Source: Octopus bimaculoides (lineage: Eukaryota). From it: 59,643 nucleotides of DNA. The DNA lies in NCBI RefSeq assembly GCF_001194135.2, contig NC_068981.1:91983880-92043522 (forward strand), in the 5' to 3' direction. The position numbers and the translations under genes are program-made. Position 1 is the first letter of the stretch. Each line of letters opens with the position of its first letter. This document shows, piece by piece, positions 1 to 12,642 of the stretch. The notes beneath the pieces are model-generated. The model was not told where the DNA came from. It made no database searches and saw only the letters and a list, made by a program, of their open reading frames with translations.

Positions 1-52
<52 letters not shown>

Positions 53-185
53 GGGGGAGTTGTGAGGGGAAGAGAGAGAGACACAAATAGATGGGGAGAG
101 ATAGAATGAGAGAGAAAGAGAGAGAGAGAGTGAGAGAGAGAGTGAGAAAGAGAGAGAAAATCAGAAAGGGGAAGTGTGAGAGAAA
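1..185. repeat. (AG)n microsatellite and degenerate purine-rich extension
   Basis: Perfect (AG)n at 1-49, then degenerate GA-rich sequence to about 185. Confidence 0.95.
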
Positions 186-922
186 GCGGAAAATATATTT
201 CCAGGGACATAACTTTTACAAATTCTTCGGAGTTCTTTCCCTTTAATAAAATTTTGTTCATAAATGTATGCTACAGGTGGTATACCGATTTCATATCTTT
301 ATACATAAAGCAACATGCTATGCACTAGTCATTATATACACACAAGTACACATACTGCTATTCTACGAGCGCTTGCTTCGTTGTGTTCGATTTCAATAAT
401 TTTTTTCCCGATAGCTTTGCTTTCTATCTAGTTGTTAACGAACTTGCATTAACATGCTACACAAATCAGCTCGATGTAGCTACTTGTAAACATAATACAT
501 ACACATGTAATAGGGTCTAATATATGCGATGTGGTCAACAGGAAAATATTTTGATCAATTAGACTTATTCAAAGCATTTCACAAAGTGATTCCGTTTCTT
601 AGTATTTACAATCTATAAAAACACAACAGCGATAACTATAATAAAATCAGTGGAGTAAAGTTTTTGGACATTCCTATAACATAAAAAACTATACTGAATT
701 GAGCAGATGTGGTATTTAAAGCTAACCGATGAAAATAACTGATGTATTCGCTTTACGAAATCTCTTCTACGAAGCATACTTTTCTCACTTTGCGGGGGTA
801 AAATTGGGCAATACGTATATTAGTTTCAATTTGAAAGGGGGGATAAGTCTAGCAAGTTTGAGGGGAGTTTGAGCAAGTTTGAGGATAAATCTAGCAAGTC
901 GATGAGATCGCCCGTATGTGTT

Positions 923-1057
923 CAACTGGTACTTATTTTAGCGGACCCAAAAGGATAAAAGGCAAAATAGACCACGATAGAGTTTGAACGCAGAACGTAA
1001 AGACGGGTGAAATGTGACTAAATATTTTGACCGACGTGCAAAGAATTCTTCCTGCTC
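923..1057 (-). mobile_element. Degenerate tRNA-derived SINE (family B)
   Basis: Shares ctggtacttattt...aaaggataaaaggcaaa...tttgaac with the copies at 2820, 15690, 27670, 44560 and 46760. Confidence 0.75.
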
Positions 1058-1167
1058 AGCGCTCTCATCAATATGCATATTAATGAAAAGAAGGTATTGA
1101 TGCAGAATATGAAACAATATATATATATATATATATAAACTTATCCTCATATATATACATATATATA

Positions 1168-1216
1168 CATATACATCTTTCTATCTATCTATCTACCTAT
1201 CTATCTATCTATCTAC

Positions 1217-1284
<68 letters not shown>

Positions 1285-1364
1285 ATATATATATATACAT
1301 ATGTATATATATATATGTATGCATATATATATATATTTATGCATACATATACATATGTATATAT
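1168..1364. repeat. (TCTA)n/(TA)n compound microsatellite
   Basis: Directly visible. Confidence 0.95.
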
Positions 1365-1632
1365 AGATGAGTTCAGCAAATATTTAGATTAAGATGAATA
1401 TGGTACTTAAGGTGAGGCACCAGAATTTAGTACGGTATTATCTATACAATTTCAAAATAAGGTGATTAAAATCAACATAAGCAACAACGTAATGCAGTAC
1501 GATCGTTTCACCCAACTCCATTTAATTGAACAATGCAACCATTACATCAATTTAAATGCAGAGCAATCCTCAGATGCACAATGGCATAGAATTTAATTAA
1601 ATTAAAACAGATGGACAAATCAGTGTAATTTA
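1365..1632 (-). mobile_element. Short non-coding hammerhead-bearing repeat (family H1), probably Penelope-like pLTR-derived
   Basis: Abuts (TA)n and contains an HHR fold. Shares AAATTCTGGTGCCTCA (1413-1428, reverse complement) and TTAAGTACCA with the + strand element at 40648-40912. Confidence 0.7.
1492..1580 (-). ncRNA. Type I hammerhead ribozyme motif with extended stem II
   Basis: Minus strand: tgtgcat-CTGAGGA-[long hairpin ctctgcatttaaattga/tcaattaaatggag]-GAAA-CGATCG-TA|ctgcatt. Stem III is the palindrome ACGATCGT; the first pair of stem I is mismatched. Confidence 0.65.
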
Positions 1633-1647
1633 TATGAATATATATGC

Positions 1648-2101
1648 ATGTGGCTGTGTGGTAAGTAGCTTGCTAACGAATCACATGGTTCTGGGTTCAG
1701 TCCCACTGCGTGGCACCTTGGGCGAGTGTCTTCTGCTATAGCCTCGGGCCGACCAAAGCCTTGTGAGTGGATTTNNNNNNNNNNATAGCCTCGGGCCGAC
1801 CAAAGCCTTGTGAGTGGATTTGGTAGACGGAAACTGAAAGAAGCCTGTCGTATATATGTATATATATGTATGTATGTGTATGTATACGTTTGTGTGTGTG
1901 TGTTTGTCCCCCCAACATCTCTTGACAACCGATGCTGGTGTGCTTACGTCCGCGTAACTTAGCGGTTCGGCTAAAGAGACCAATAGAATAAGTACTAGGC
2001 TTACAAAGAATAAGTCCTGGGGTCGATTTGCTCGACTAAAGGCGGTGCTCCAGCATGGCCACAGTCAAATGACTGAAACAGGTAAAAGAGAGTAAAAGAG
2101 A
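1648..2101 (+). mobile_element. tRNA-derived SINE family A (Octopus OK/OR-like), full length, with internal (TA)/(TG) microsatellite
   Basis: Head tggctgtgtggtaagtagc...ggttcagtccc carries A/B-box-like motifs; tail ...cagcatggccacagtcaaatgactgaaacaggtaaaagag. Related copies at 7733, 27470, 38995, 41134, 52056 and 53038. Confidence 0.9.
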
Positions 2102-2751
2102 GATATACTTACACACACAGGCACACACACATNNNNNNNNNNNNNNNNNNNNNNNNNNNNNNNNNNNNNNNNNNNNNNNNNNNNNNNNNNNNNNNNNNNN
2201 NNNNNNNNNNNNNNNNNNNNNNNNNNNNNNNNNNNNNNNNNNNNNNNNNNNNNNNNNNNNNNNNNNNNNNNNNNNNNNNNNNNNNNNNNNNNNNNNNNNN
2301 NNNNNNNNNNNNNNNNNNNNNNNNNNNNNNNNNNNNNNNNNNNNNNNNNNNNNNNNNNNNNNNNNNNNNNNNNNNNNNNNNNNNNNNNNNNNNNNNNNNN
2401 NNNNNNNNNNNNNNNNNNNNNNNNNNNNNNNNNNNNNNNNNNNNNNNNNNNNNNNNNNNNNNNNNNNNNNNNNNNNNNNNNNNNNNNNNNNNNNNNNNNN
2501 NNNNNNNNNNNNNNNNNNNNNNNNNNNNNNNNNNNNNNNNNNNNNNNNNNNNNNNNNNNNNNNNNNNNNNNNNNNNNNNNNNNNNNNNNNNNNNNNNNNN
2601 NNNNNNNNNNNNNNNNNNNNNNNNNNNNNNNNNNNNNNNNNNNNNNNNNNNNNNNNNNNNNNNNNNNNNNNNNNNNNNNNNNNNNNNNNNNNNNNNNNNN
2701 NNNNNNNNNNNNNNNNNNNNNNNNNNNNNNNNNNNNNNNNNNNNNNNNNNN

Positions 2752-2790
<39 letters not shown>

Positions 2791-2819
2791 TACAATCTTC
2801 TATATATACGTAATAATGG

Positions 2820-2989
2820 CTGAAGGTCAGGAATTTCGAGAATTTCGGGTAAGACGATTACATGGACCTCAGAGTTCAGATGGTACTCTTTTTAACTAAC
2901 TTGAAAGGATGAAAGGCAAAGTGGAGCTGGGCGGAATTTGATCTCAGCATGTTGCGCGTCGTGTTAACGATTCTGCCATCTCGCTGCCC
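2820..2989 (-). mobile_element. tRNA-derived SINE family B, internally deleted
   Basis: aaggatgaaaggcaaagt...ggcggaatttga...aacgattctgcca matches the other family B copies. Confidence 0.75.
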
Positions 2990-5900
2990 AATATATGCCT
3001 AAGAATGGCTTTGATACTCTCGTTTGTCAAATACGACCTTATTTGTATTCGTAAGTGAAAATCAGTTTTAAGCAATGCTGCCTCATTAAAGTTTGTATTG
3101 TCGCATTTGCTAGTGAGGTAACCCAAAAGATAATATATGTTTCTTTCTTCCCTAGTCTATCCTATAATGTATCTTATAGACAAGATAAAGAGGTCTAAGG
3201 TGAGCATTCGTTTTGTTCTGCTATTATGAGAAGGCATTGTAAGAGAAAGTATCTTCACGAATCATAGTAATGACAAGTAAATTTTTTTTCTTTCATTCTA
3301 TTCTTTCTGATCTCCGTACATGAAAAGAATAATTACTGGTCATGATTAATTTTCGTCGTTAAAATTCTTTGTATTTTAATTAATGTATTGTGACCTATAA
3401 GTTAATAAGATAAAAATATAAATGCAAATAAAAATTAAACTCATGTCTGTATTAACGAATCTAGCAACTGAGTTAAACTGAAATCTTCACTTTAGCTGAA
3501 GTCGATAATTGAAAGAAGAACGTCGATTGCTCTCTGTCAAAACTGTATCTATAAACAGACACTTAAATAAATATGAAGATAGACAGATAGAAAGATAGAT
3601 ATTATATACGTTTCATAGATATAGAATAAGATAAGTATATATATGTGTGTGTGTGTGTGTAAATGCATGTATGTATATAGATAGATATATGCATGCATAC
3701 ATACATTGTGGCGAGGAATGCTCTATTTTCTCTCATATTTTGCTCTACTCAGTCTGCATGATTGTCTTTCGCTCTGTCTATCGTTGTCACCGAGAATATA
3801 TTTAGTTCTATCAATATTTTTATATATGAATCAATGTTATTATTGCAGCCTCGTCCTTCCGCAGCCTTTAATTATTGTTGCATAATTGAATTTCTACTTA
3901 TCTGAAACTTGATATTAGTATATTCTCACATATGCATATACTGGTATATGCATGTATATATATATATATNNNNNNNNNNATATATATATATGTATGAGTG
4001 TATTTGTGTTTGTGTGTGTGCGCGTACGTGCGTGCATGTGTGTGGGTGTTTGTATGTGCGTGCGGTGTGATTGTACGTGCGCATGATTAAGGAGAATTTT
4101 CAAGAAATGTGTATAATTCATACCCTTCTCGTCTTTGACTGAAATATATAGGATATCGTTCTGAATTACATCATGTTTCTTGAACACTTGAACATGGTTG
4201 TCAAATACTTCTGCAGTTTCTATTACTGATAGAAACACCCAAAAACATGTGCTGAGCATTGCCAGGAATTATAAATTACGGGAAAATGCGACGCTTTAAA
4301 AAAATCTATTCCTTATGATTTCACATATAGTAGCCTATGCTGCTTTTCTTTCACCTGGAACGTGTAGTTTTCATTATTAAAGTCCTTCTGGAGTACCTAG
4401 TACAGACATGGTGATCTAAGAGGGGAAATCTAATACATCTACTCACATTCGAGACGGAACAAAACTAAATCCATTACATTCTAATCAGCTCTCCATAGAA
4501 ATAATTTATTTTAGATGACCAAATCTGCTGAAAAAAAAGGCCTTGTATGTAAACACTTCAATAAATATCCTGTTTTAGATTGTGTCGTCTTCAATGACAC
4601 GCTAATTTCCACGATGCTCAGCCACAAAGTTTCAATTTCTAATTCGTGAGGTGGAAAGAATACAAAGAACTTTCTCTAATTGAAGTGAACAGTCGCTTTG
4701 TACATCTCTATGCCCATCACATCAATGACGCCGATGCTGAATGGACAAAGACGAAACTCGATGTTCAAACAACAGCAACAGTATCCCTTATCCTCAGGAA
4801 ACGAAATCGAGATGACTGTCGATTTGGCCGGACCAATCAATTAATAAACGAGGCCAAATCAGCCAGTGTATGAATTTATACCCATCGCTAGACTCTAGAG
4901 AGATTCATTGTAATGTACGCTCGTGAAGATTAAAATGCATATTGGAATCTAATCACCAATGACATGGTGAATGAAGCAGTTACTCGAAAGCTCAATTAAC
5001 CCATACAACGAATGACATATCAATCATGGCATGGGCAATACTATTCACAACTCGGCTAAGCATTTTATTACTCATCTTCAAGATCGCATTACTCAAAATT
5101 TTGTGTACTAGACCCCCCCCTACCCCTACTGAATCGTCCCTCATATGAAAGTGTGTGTTCTGTCATTGAAGAGATCAAAATGACAACCAATGAAGATTAT
5201 ATTTCGACTGAATTTTTCACGTACAGCATCTGTTTAATTGCAACATTTTAACACGAAATTATGGGGAAACTCTGGGAAATTGAAATAGTACAAGATTTTA
5301 GGGCATACGTTTGTTTGACGTCGATGTCAAAACTTTCGCAAAAATCTCATTAATCGTTTCCAAATAACACATGAACATCGCAAGAAACCAACGGAACGTT
5401 GCGGCGTACTCATACAAATGATGTATGAATAAGCAACTTGTTTATGCTTCAATGAAGTTTGGATCAAAACCATGACTACGAAAGTTCACAGTTGGCTTCA
5501 CTGCAACATTCGTTTCTGTAGGGTAAGTTGTCAAATTTGGTGGTATTCCATTCAAATTGATGGCCCTAATAAGGGTTATCAACTTGAATGGATAAAGGAT
5601 CGGTGCTTACAGTAAGGGGAATTATTTGTTTGAAGTACGTAGTGGCACACATCATGGACTCGAGCTCAGCTTTCACACAGATTAACATTGTTTTACAGAT
5701 CTGGTGTGAAATTTATGTACAAACTAAGATACGAACATGGCAATTGAGTTTCTCTACTACAACGGTCAATCTAAGATTCCCAATATCCTACACTTACGTG
5801 GTATCATGGTGCTCCATCGCTGGTAATTGAAATAAATGCTCCAGTTTACATTGTTGTGTTGGAAGCCAGGCACATAGCAACTTCAGATCAATTATTCAAT

Positions 5901-7732
5901 AAATAGAGTAACATTGGCTTATAGTGATTATCAATATCAGTCTTTGAACAGTCGAGGCACTGACACAAACAGTTGAAGTACTACCATTAATCCTCAACGA
6001 TACAAGCCATATCGACAGCTTTCACAGAATTGACTTCTGGTGAGAAGCAAAACTATATCGGTGGAACCGAGAATGAATTTCATTTGCTGGTACTCGACAA
6101 TCACAGAAATCTGTCGGAAAACCTTGGACAATGATCACCCGGGTAGCAATCTCAAATTAAACCGGTTAAAAAGCACCAGCATCGAAACAGCTATAATCTT
6201 GTCTACGCGTACACGTATATATACAAACACTTGCGCGCACCCGCACAAGCACGCACACACACAGAGACCCCAAGTGCATTCATATACATAAAACATACAT
6301 GCATACGCATATACGCGCACACACGTAATACTCTGCCTCTGTCTCTGTCTGTCTGACTGTCTCACTCTCTGTCTCTCTCTATTTTTCTCTCTCTCTATTT
6401 TTCTCTCTCTCTTTCTCTCTCACAAATATACTTATACAGACACACACAGACACACAATTAGGCACAGTAAGACACGCACATACAAATAATTTATAAGTTA
6501 AGGGCCTAAGGAAGAGATCTACACTCTTTTTAAAGGTTCACTTTCTTTGAAACGACCCTCGAGGCTTTTGTGGTGAGTATTGCTTGACATCCTTACATAT
6601 CGGCATCCCAGCCGCTCATTTGCTAAAACCGCAGCAACTCTGTTTTCAATGTTTTTTCAGCTGCTGCTACTATTCGTTATTTGTTTGAACTGATAGAAAT
6701 CTTATTGTTTATTTCTCAATTACAGGAGGTTAGAATTCAGTACTGAATGTTCCACACCAAAAGAGACATCACAAAATGTTCTGCCCATGACCAAAAAATT
6801 TCATCAAACTTTCGCTCTTCCCTGGAACTACATGTGACGACTTTGAATTGAACAACCGCAGAGTCCGACATCGATGACAGCAAAGGAACGGAACAAACAC
6901 CAAAATAGCATGGTATTCAATGTTCTAATGACTGTAACATTTTGCCGTTATATATCTTCACAGCAAATAAACAATATCTATCTGTGTGTTTTTGTATGTA
7001 AGTATGATCGTATGTATGTAAACTTGTGTGTATGTATATATACATACACACACATACACATGCACACACACACACATACATATGTGTGTATGTATCTATG
7101 TATGTATGTATGTATGTATGTAAGTATGTATGATGTATTATATAAAGTATGGATTATCGAACAGCCAGTTTTTTTTTCCTCTTAGAAATTTATCATCTGT
7201 TCAAAGAAACATAGAAATTGGTTTTGTATCCAAAGAGCGAAAAGCAAAAATCTATTTGGAGCTATGGTGCGTTATCAAAGTTGGGATATTTGCAATTGCT
7301 TGTGATGTAATCGAGGCTGTTTATATCTTCCCAAACCCTTAATGTAGTCACAGTCGATTCATAGAGGGTTTTAGGTGGGGGCTTGTTTTATTCTGCGAAA
7401 ATATGAAAACATTGAAAATAAAGACTTTCAAATATCTTGACCAACGCAACCATAGCTATGACGCAAGAATGAGTTTCTTTCTTCTGTCAATCCAATTTAT
7501 TCTAATTTATATTGTTAAAAGGCATTCTTACAGTTCAAGTGTAATTTCAACCAGTATTCTTTAATTAACGTCTTGTGACTAATATATTAAAATGGGTAAA
7601 GCAAACAATACAAACGGAATTACAAAGAAAATATTAATACAACACTAATTAGAATGACTAACGTGTTTATTGAACTATGGCTTTTGTTGCGCAGTATACA
7701 AGGAAAACATAACAAGTAATTCATCATCATAT

Positions 7733-7892
7733 AGGCGCAGGCGTGACTAAGTGGGTAAGAAGCTTGATGCCCAAGCCTGTGATTTTAGGTTCAGTCCACT
7801 GTGCTGCTACATGGCAAGTATTTTCTGCCATAGCTATGGGCCGACGAAAGTGGATTTGGCGGACAAAAACTGAAAAGAGGCCCGTCGTATAT
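7733..7892 (+). mobile_element. SINE family A, diverged 5' part
   Basis: aggcgcaggcgtg...ggttcagtccactgtg...actgaaaagaggcccgtcgtata. Confidence 0.75.
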
Positions 7893-7916
7893 ACACACAC
7901 GTATATGATATGCATG

Positions 7917-7963
<47 letters not shown>

Positions 7964-8057
7964 NNNNNNNNNNNNNNNNNNNNNNNNNNNNNNNNNNNNN
8001 NNNNNNNNNNNNNNNNNNNNNNNNNNNNNNNNNNNNNNNNNNNNNNNNNNNNNNNNN

Positions 8058-8109
<52 letters not shown>

Positions 8110-8535
8110 AAGACAAAGAGAGGGAGACAGAGTAGTCTAATTCAAACTCCAACGTGTTGAATGGCCGTTGTTTTTTTTTAATAAAAGTAAAGTAAAAACA
8201 AACGGACTTTTCTCCTGGGTACGAAAATGATGTAAGGTGGACGAAATAAATGAAGTCGCTTTTATTAGTTACTCTAGTCAATGCAAAACTAGTTTCACGA
8301 TTAATGTACAAACTAAATAAATTAAATTTCTAAAAAAATTAATTTAATTTAGGAGCACATTTTCCGATCTTCAGTTGTTTAAACCATATTTTAAGAAAAA
8401 TATAAATAACTATAAAATATATTTACCTTCATTTATCCACATTGATTCGCAAACCAAGGTATTCAGTAATAGAGGGAGAAGAAACATACTTCTTCATCCA
8501 CATTCAAACACGCTTCCTAATATATATATATATAT

Positions 8536-9360
8536 GCCGTTGATTAGCTCCTAGAGGACATCGCCTCTTGCTACTGACACACGAATCTGTGTCCACTGAT
8601 TAGCTTCAAGCGGCCATCGCCTCTAGCTAGCTATGTGACACACGAATCTGTGTCCACTATAAACTTCGAACAGGGGAGGTCAGCCGCTTCCCCTTGCTGA
8701 TCTGGCATCTACTGACTAGTTTCGGGGTATTGCCCCTTATTTCTAACTCTCTCTCTCTCTGAAGGACACTACGGCAGCGGCACTGGATATTAATAGTTAT
8801 CGCCAAGCCGACATGACAGTCCAAAAACTAGGACGAATGCTGCCGTTGATTAGCTCCTAGAGGACATCACCTCTTGCTACTGACACACGAATCTGTGTCC
8901 ATTGTAACCTTCGAACAAGAGAGTTCAGCCGTTTTCCCTATGTTAATATATATTAATATCCCGTACCGCTGCCGTAGTTTCATTTAGAGAGATAAAACAT
9001 CAATATTTCTATTTTTGAAAACCAGTGGATGTATTCCACTGAATTTAGGTAAATAATCCTCCGTACAAATGGTCAGTAGCGACGCCTGTTGGGTTCGGTT
9101 GATCTACATTGATAAGGAGCAATACCCCGATACTAGTCTGTAGATGCCAGACCAGCAAGGAGAAGCGGCTGACCTCCCCTGTTCGAAGGTCATAATGGAC
9201 ACAGGTTCGTGTGTCGCATAGCTAGCTAGAGGCGATGGCCTCTTGGAGCTAATCAACGGCAGCATTCGTCCTATTTTTTGGGACCGCCATGTTGGCTTGG
9301 CGATAACTATTAATATCCAGTACCGCTGCCGTAGTCTCCTTTAGAGAGAGTTAGAAATAT
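8536..9360. repeat. Tandem plus inverted array of an unclassified ~250-bp hairpin-rich repeat unit, bounded by (TA)n
   Basis: Partial and direct copies at 8536-8939, a short inverted piece at about 8949-8994, and a full inverted copy at 9112-9360. Confidence 0.85.
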
Positions 9361-9562
9361 TAATATTATATATATATATGGGGAGTTAGGTGGCTTGATG
9401 TTAGGGGTGATGCGGTCGCAGGAATTGCTTGAGAGCCCTGACTAGGTTCTCCTGCTTATATATATATATATATATATATNNNNNNNNNNNNNNNNNNNNN
9501 NNNNNNNNNNNNNNNNNNNNNNNNNNNNNNNNNNNNNNNNNNNNNNNNATATACATACATAC

Positions 9563-10120
9563 AATGTGCGATGAATATATTGTCGTCTAAGTGGTGCAAA
9601 AGTGAAAATAACACTGAAATGTCATTTTAGCATATATATCTACCAAAATTACACAAAAATATCTTGAAATACTAAAGGGTAAATTTATTCGATAAAATCA
9701 ACACTGGCTTCAACCACAGCTTCCAGATGACTTCAGAATCTCATGCAACGGTCTCCTTGTTTAAATTGGTGAATGCTACCATAATTCTTGCCTTCAGTTC
9801 ATCTTGCCTTCAGTTCAGTTACAAGGAGTGTTGTTGGTCTTTCGTTCAACTGCGACACACATATGATAATCAAGGGGGTTGCTGTCTGCGGAGTTAGGTG
9901 GCTTGATGTTAGGGGTGATGCGGTCGCAGGAATTGCTTGAGAGCCCTGACTAGGTTCTCCTGCTTATGTGACATGGGGCCGAGCGCTGTTGCCAGACACA
10001 GGGTCTTCCAGTAGCAACCCTCTTGGCACAGGGCAGCACTATCTCTTTCAGCCACTTGATGTAGGTGCCTGTGTTAAGTCTGAGGCCGTGTGAGAAGATT
10101 AATGGAGGCATAACGACGCC
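9563..10120 (-). mobile_element. Tc1/mariner-superfamily transposon remnant (C-terminal transposase and 3' end), pseudogenised
   Basis: Minus-strand translation DGVVMPPLIFSHGLRLNTGTYIKWLKEIVLPCAKRVATGRPCVWQQRSAPCH...ITPNIKPPNSADSNPLDY...ELKARIMVAFTNLNKET resembles the WQQDSAPCH / WPPNSPDxNPLDY motifs; stops and frameshifts are present. Confidence 0.85.
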
Positions 10121-10463
10121 ATCTCAGCTTTTCATACAGGCGCGTTCATTTTCACTACACGCCACAAGAAGTACCACTGAATTTTTGTGAACCTATTTTA
10201 AAGCAAAACTGTATTCTTTATTCCTATATATTTTTGAAATATTACAGGTGTGAATTCGAACTGAAAACTATAAACCGCCGCCAAAATTATGTGGTTGAAT
10301 TCCTGTTTGTTTTTAATTTGACGTGTCACAAAACAAAAAAATCGTTTTTTTAAAATTTATTCATGTTTATTTTGTTTTCTTTTCTGCTTTTCTTAAATCA
10401 CCAAATCAACTCACTCGAGGTTGTAGAATTCCTATTAATTGTTAATTTGTCTGTTACAGATTT

Positions 10464-10464
10464 T

Positions 10465-10504
<40 letters not shown>

Positions 10505-10505
10505 T
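10464..10505. repeat. (TTTC)n microsatellite
   Basis: Directly visible. Confidence 0.9.
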
Positions 10506-11454
10506 CACTTATTTTGATTATTGCTTTCCTGTTGTGCTGACAATCGAGCAAGTGTTTGTTCAGTGTATCGCTTCGCTGACTAGGCTCAGTGTAAAGTTTA
10601 ACACAAATGACTGGATACAAATCTGAAAATCAGTGTCATAATGCGTCAGACAATTTCGTTTAGTCAGTCAGTATGACTACTGAAACTTAATTTGAAAGGG
10701 ATACAAATTCAGCATGACCATTCAGTGATAACGATTGAACGCCGTCAATATATTTTAACAACTATCAAGGATATCAGAACCTATAGTTTATATGCAAGTA
10801 CTTTTTTCTATCTTTGTGCTTGCTAGTATAACATAAGATATATTCTGTGACAGGCAGTACAAATTAAGGATGTGATGCAAGTGACAATAATATATGATTC
10901 TAGGACTTTTCATTAAGTTCCGTTTTTCATTTGCACCTCATATACTATCAAACATTGATTGATGTCCAATAGAAAAAAATTACTAGAAAACCAAGAAGTA
11001 TTGTTAGACAGAACTCAAGAGTTACTCCATGTAGCAACTAGGTTTTGGTTGTGATGATGACCTTTTCTTTTAAGTTCTTCCCTGAATGGAAAAACGGGCC
11101 CAAGTTATAACATCATATTTTCCACATGCCTATATTAACTAGGGGCACTTATGCCTCAACAAATCTGTAGTTAATATATTTAAAGGCTGTGTGTCTATGT
11201 TTAATAAGAGATATATATTAGTATTTAAAATGTCACAAATACTAGAGATATCCTATTGTAAGTGTATGTATAAAGGCGAAATACCGATTTCAAAATACAA
11301 CCAAATGCCTGCATAGATTTATCTGGATAATTATTTACTAGTTTCTTGTTAATACCACTATGGTATAAGTATTCGTATAATTAAAGAGAAATGTCAGGTT
11401 GATATTCAATCTCCCTCATTCTATTTAGATTTCACTGGGTTTCGATGATGGTTT

Positions 11455-11682
11455 TCTCGTGTCATACCGACTCATAAGGGTCGGTTTCCTGATTTCATGG
11501 TGTATACCTGATCTGGACGTCGGTTCGTTTCAAGATTACTCATTTTTGCCTGCTGAGTGGACTGGAACAACGTAAAACGAAGTGTTTTACTCAAGAACAT
11601 AACGCATCACGCGGTCCAAGAATCGATACTACAATCTTACTTTTAAGAGTCCGACGCCCTACCTACCAATGCACGCGCCTCC
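11455..11682 (-). mobile_element. tRNA-derived SINE family C, degenerate
   Basis: Minus-strand head ggaggcgcgtgc...gtatcgattcttggaccgcg; homologous to 39820-40037. Confidence 0.75.
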
Positions 11683-12007
11683 AAATTCCGACGATGCGTA
11701 TAAACGCAGATACTTGTTGTACTCTTAACGTAATCCTCGGGGAAATTCAAGGGGCATTTTTGTTATAAGACTGGGTCTTTTAATTACAGAATCAGTCCAT
11801 TTATTAGTATCTTTACTTTTCGGTCAGCTAACTTCACTCCCTTACGTTAATCGACATAAGGGAAAGGTAAAATATACTTGTTCAAGAGGCCACGTTTTGG
11901 AATGGAAACTAGAACTTAATGATAGAAAAGTAAATTCATGAAACAGACACTCGACCATGACTCTAAACAATACTTTTATATCCTCCCATATACACATTCA
12001 TTTAGAG

Positions 12008-12363
12008 CAGTGGTTCGCAACCTGGATCAATATTTGGGACCCTGCGGGTCCACATAACGTTTTATGGGGACCATGCAAGCAAAATAGAAAATCGGAGACT
12101 TTCAATAGTATTTTTTAAGAGACGATAAAAAAGTTTTACTTAAGATGTATTTATTACAAGAATTAACTCGGTTTCTTTGACTAATGATCTACATAGTTAG
12201 ACCTGTTTCAAGCCACTCAAACATGTTGTTTCAGAGAATGCTATTGCAAACCTACTCAAGTAGATGTGAAAGACAAAATAAAAATCTGCAAAGAAATATC
12301 TCTAAAGCTACGTATTAAACATGGCTATTGGGTGCGCCTGACTAAAACAGTTGAGAATCACTA
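12008..12363. mobile_element. hAT (Charlie-like) MITE
   Basis: Imperfect TIRs CAGTGGTTCGCAACC / reverse complement TAGTGATTCTCAACT; subterminal hairpin ggaccc-tgc-gggtcc; flanking 8-mers ATTTAGAG and ATATAGAA match at 6/8 and resemble the NTCTAGAN target. Confidence 0.7.
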
Positions 12364-12567
12364 ATATAGAAGTACTCACACACACGCCTATGTTTAAAGC
12401 ATCCACATTATGACTAGTTTTCTTTCTGTATATTTATTAAAAAACTTATCCATTGAGTATTACATAATTCTGAATATTTGAAAGTAGAATTTGTGGCTAA
12501 ACTGTCTGCTGTTTCCAGCTATCGAGAGAGTACTTACAATCTCTGAGGCAGGCTTGTGATGGTGATG

Positions 12568-12573
12568 GTTGCG

Positions 12574-12620
<47 letters not shown>

Positions 12621-12642
12621 GTGGTGGTGGTGGTGGTGGTGG
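12568..12642. repeat. (GAT)n(GGT)n trinucleotide repeat
   Basis: Directly visible. Confidence 0.95.

Noticed and set aside
1735-1822. 37-bp direct repeat inside the SINE
   Set aside because: The two copies flank a 12-N gap, the typical pattern of an unmerged contig overlap.
5699-5822. Candidate 124-nt plus-strand exon with one open frame
   Set aside because: The peptide is unrecognisable, and such signals occur by chance in AT-rich DNA.
9160-9245. HDV-like or twister ribozyme in the 250-bp unit
   Set aside because: There is partial resemblance (ACC/GGT stem, GG, hairpin, CGCA), but the L3 loop is too long and no P1 partner exists; no twister pseudoknots were found.
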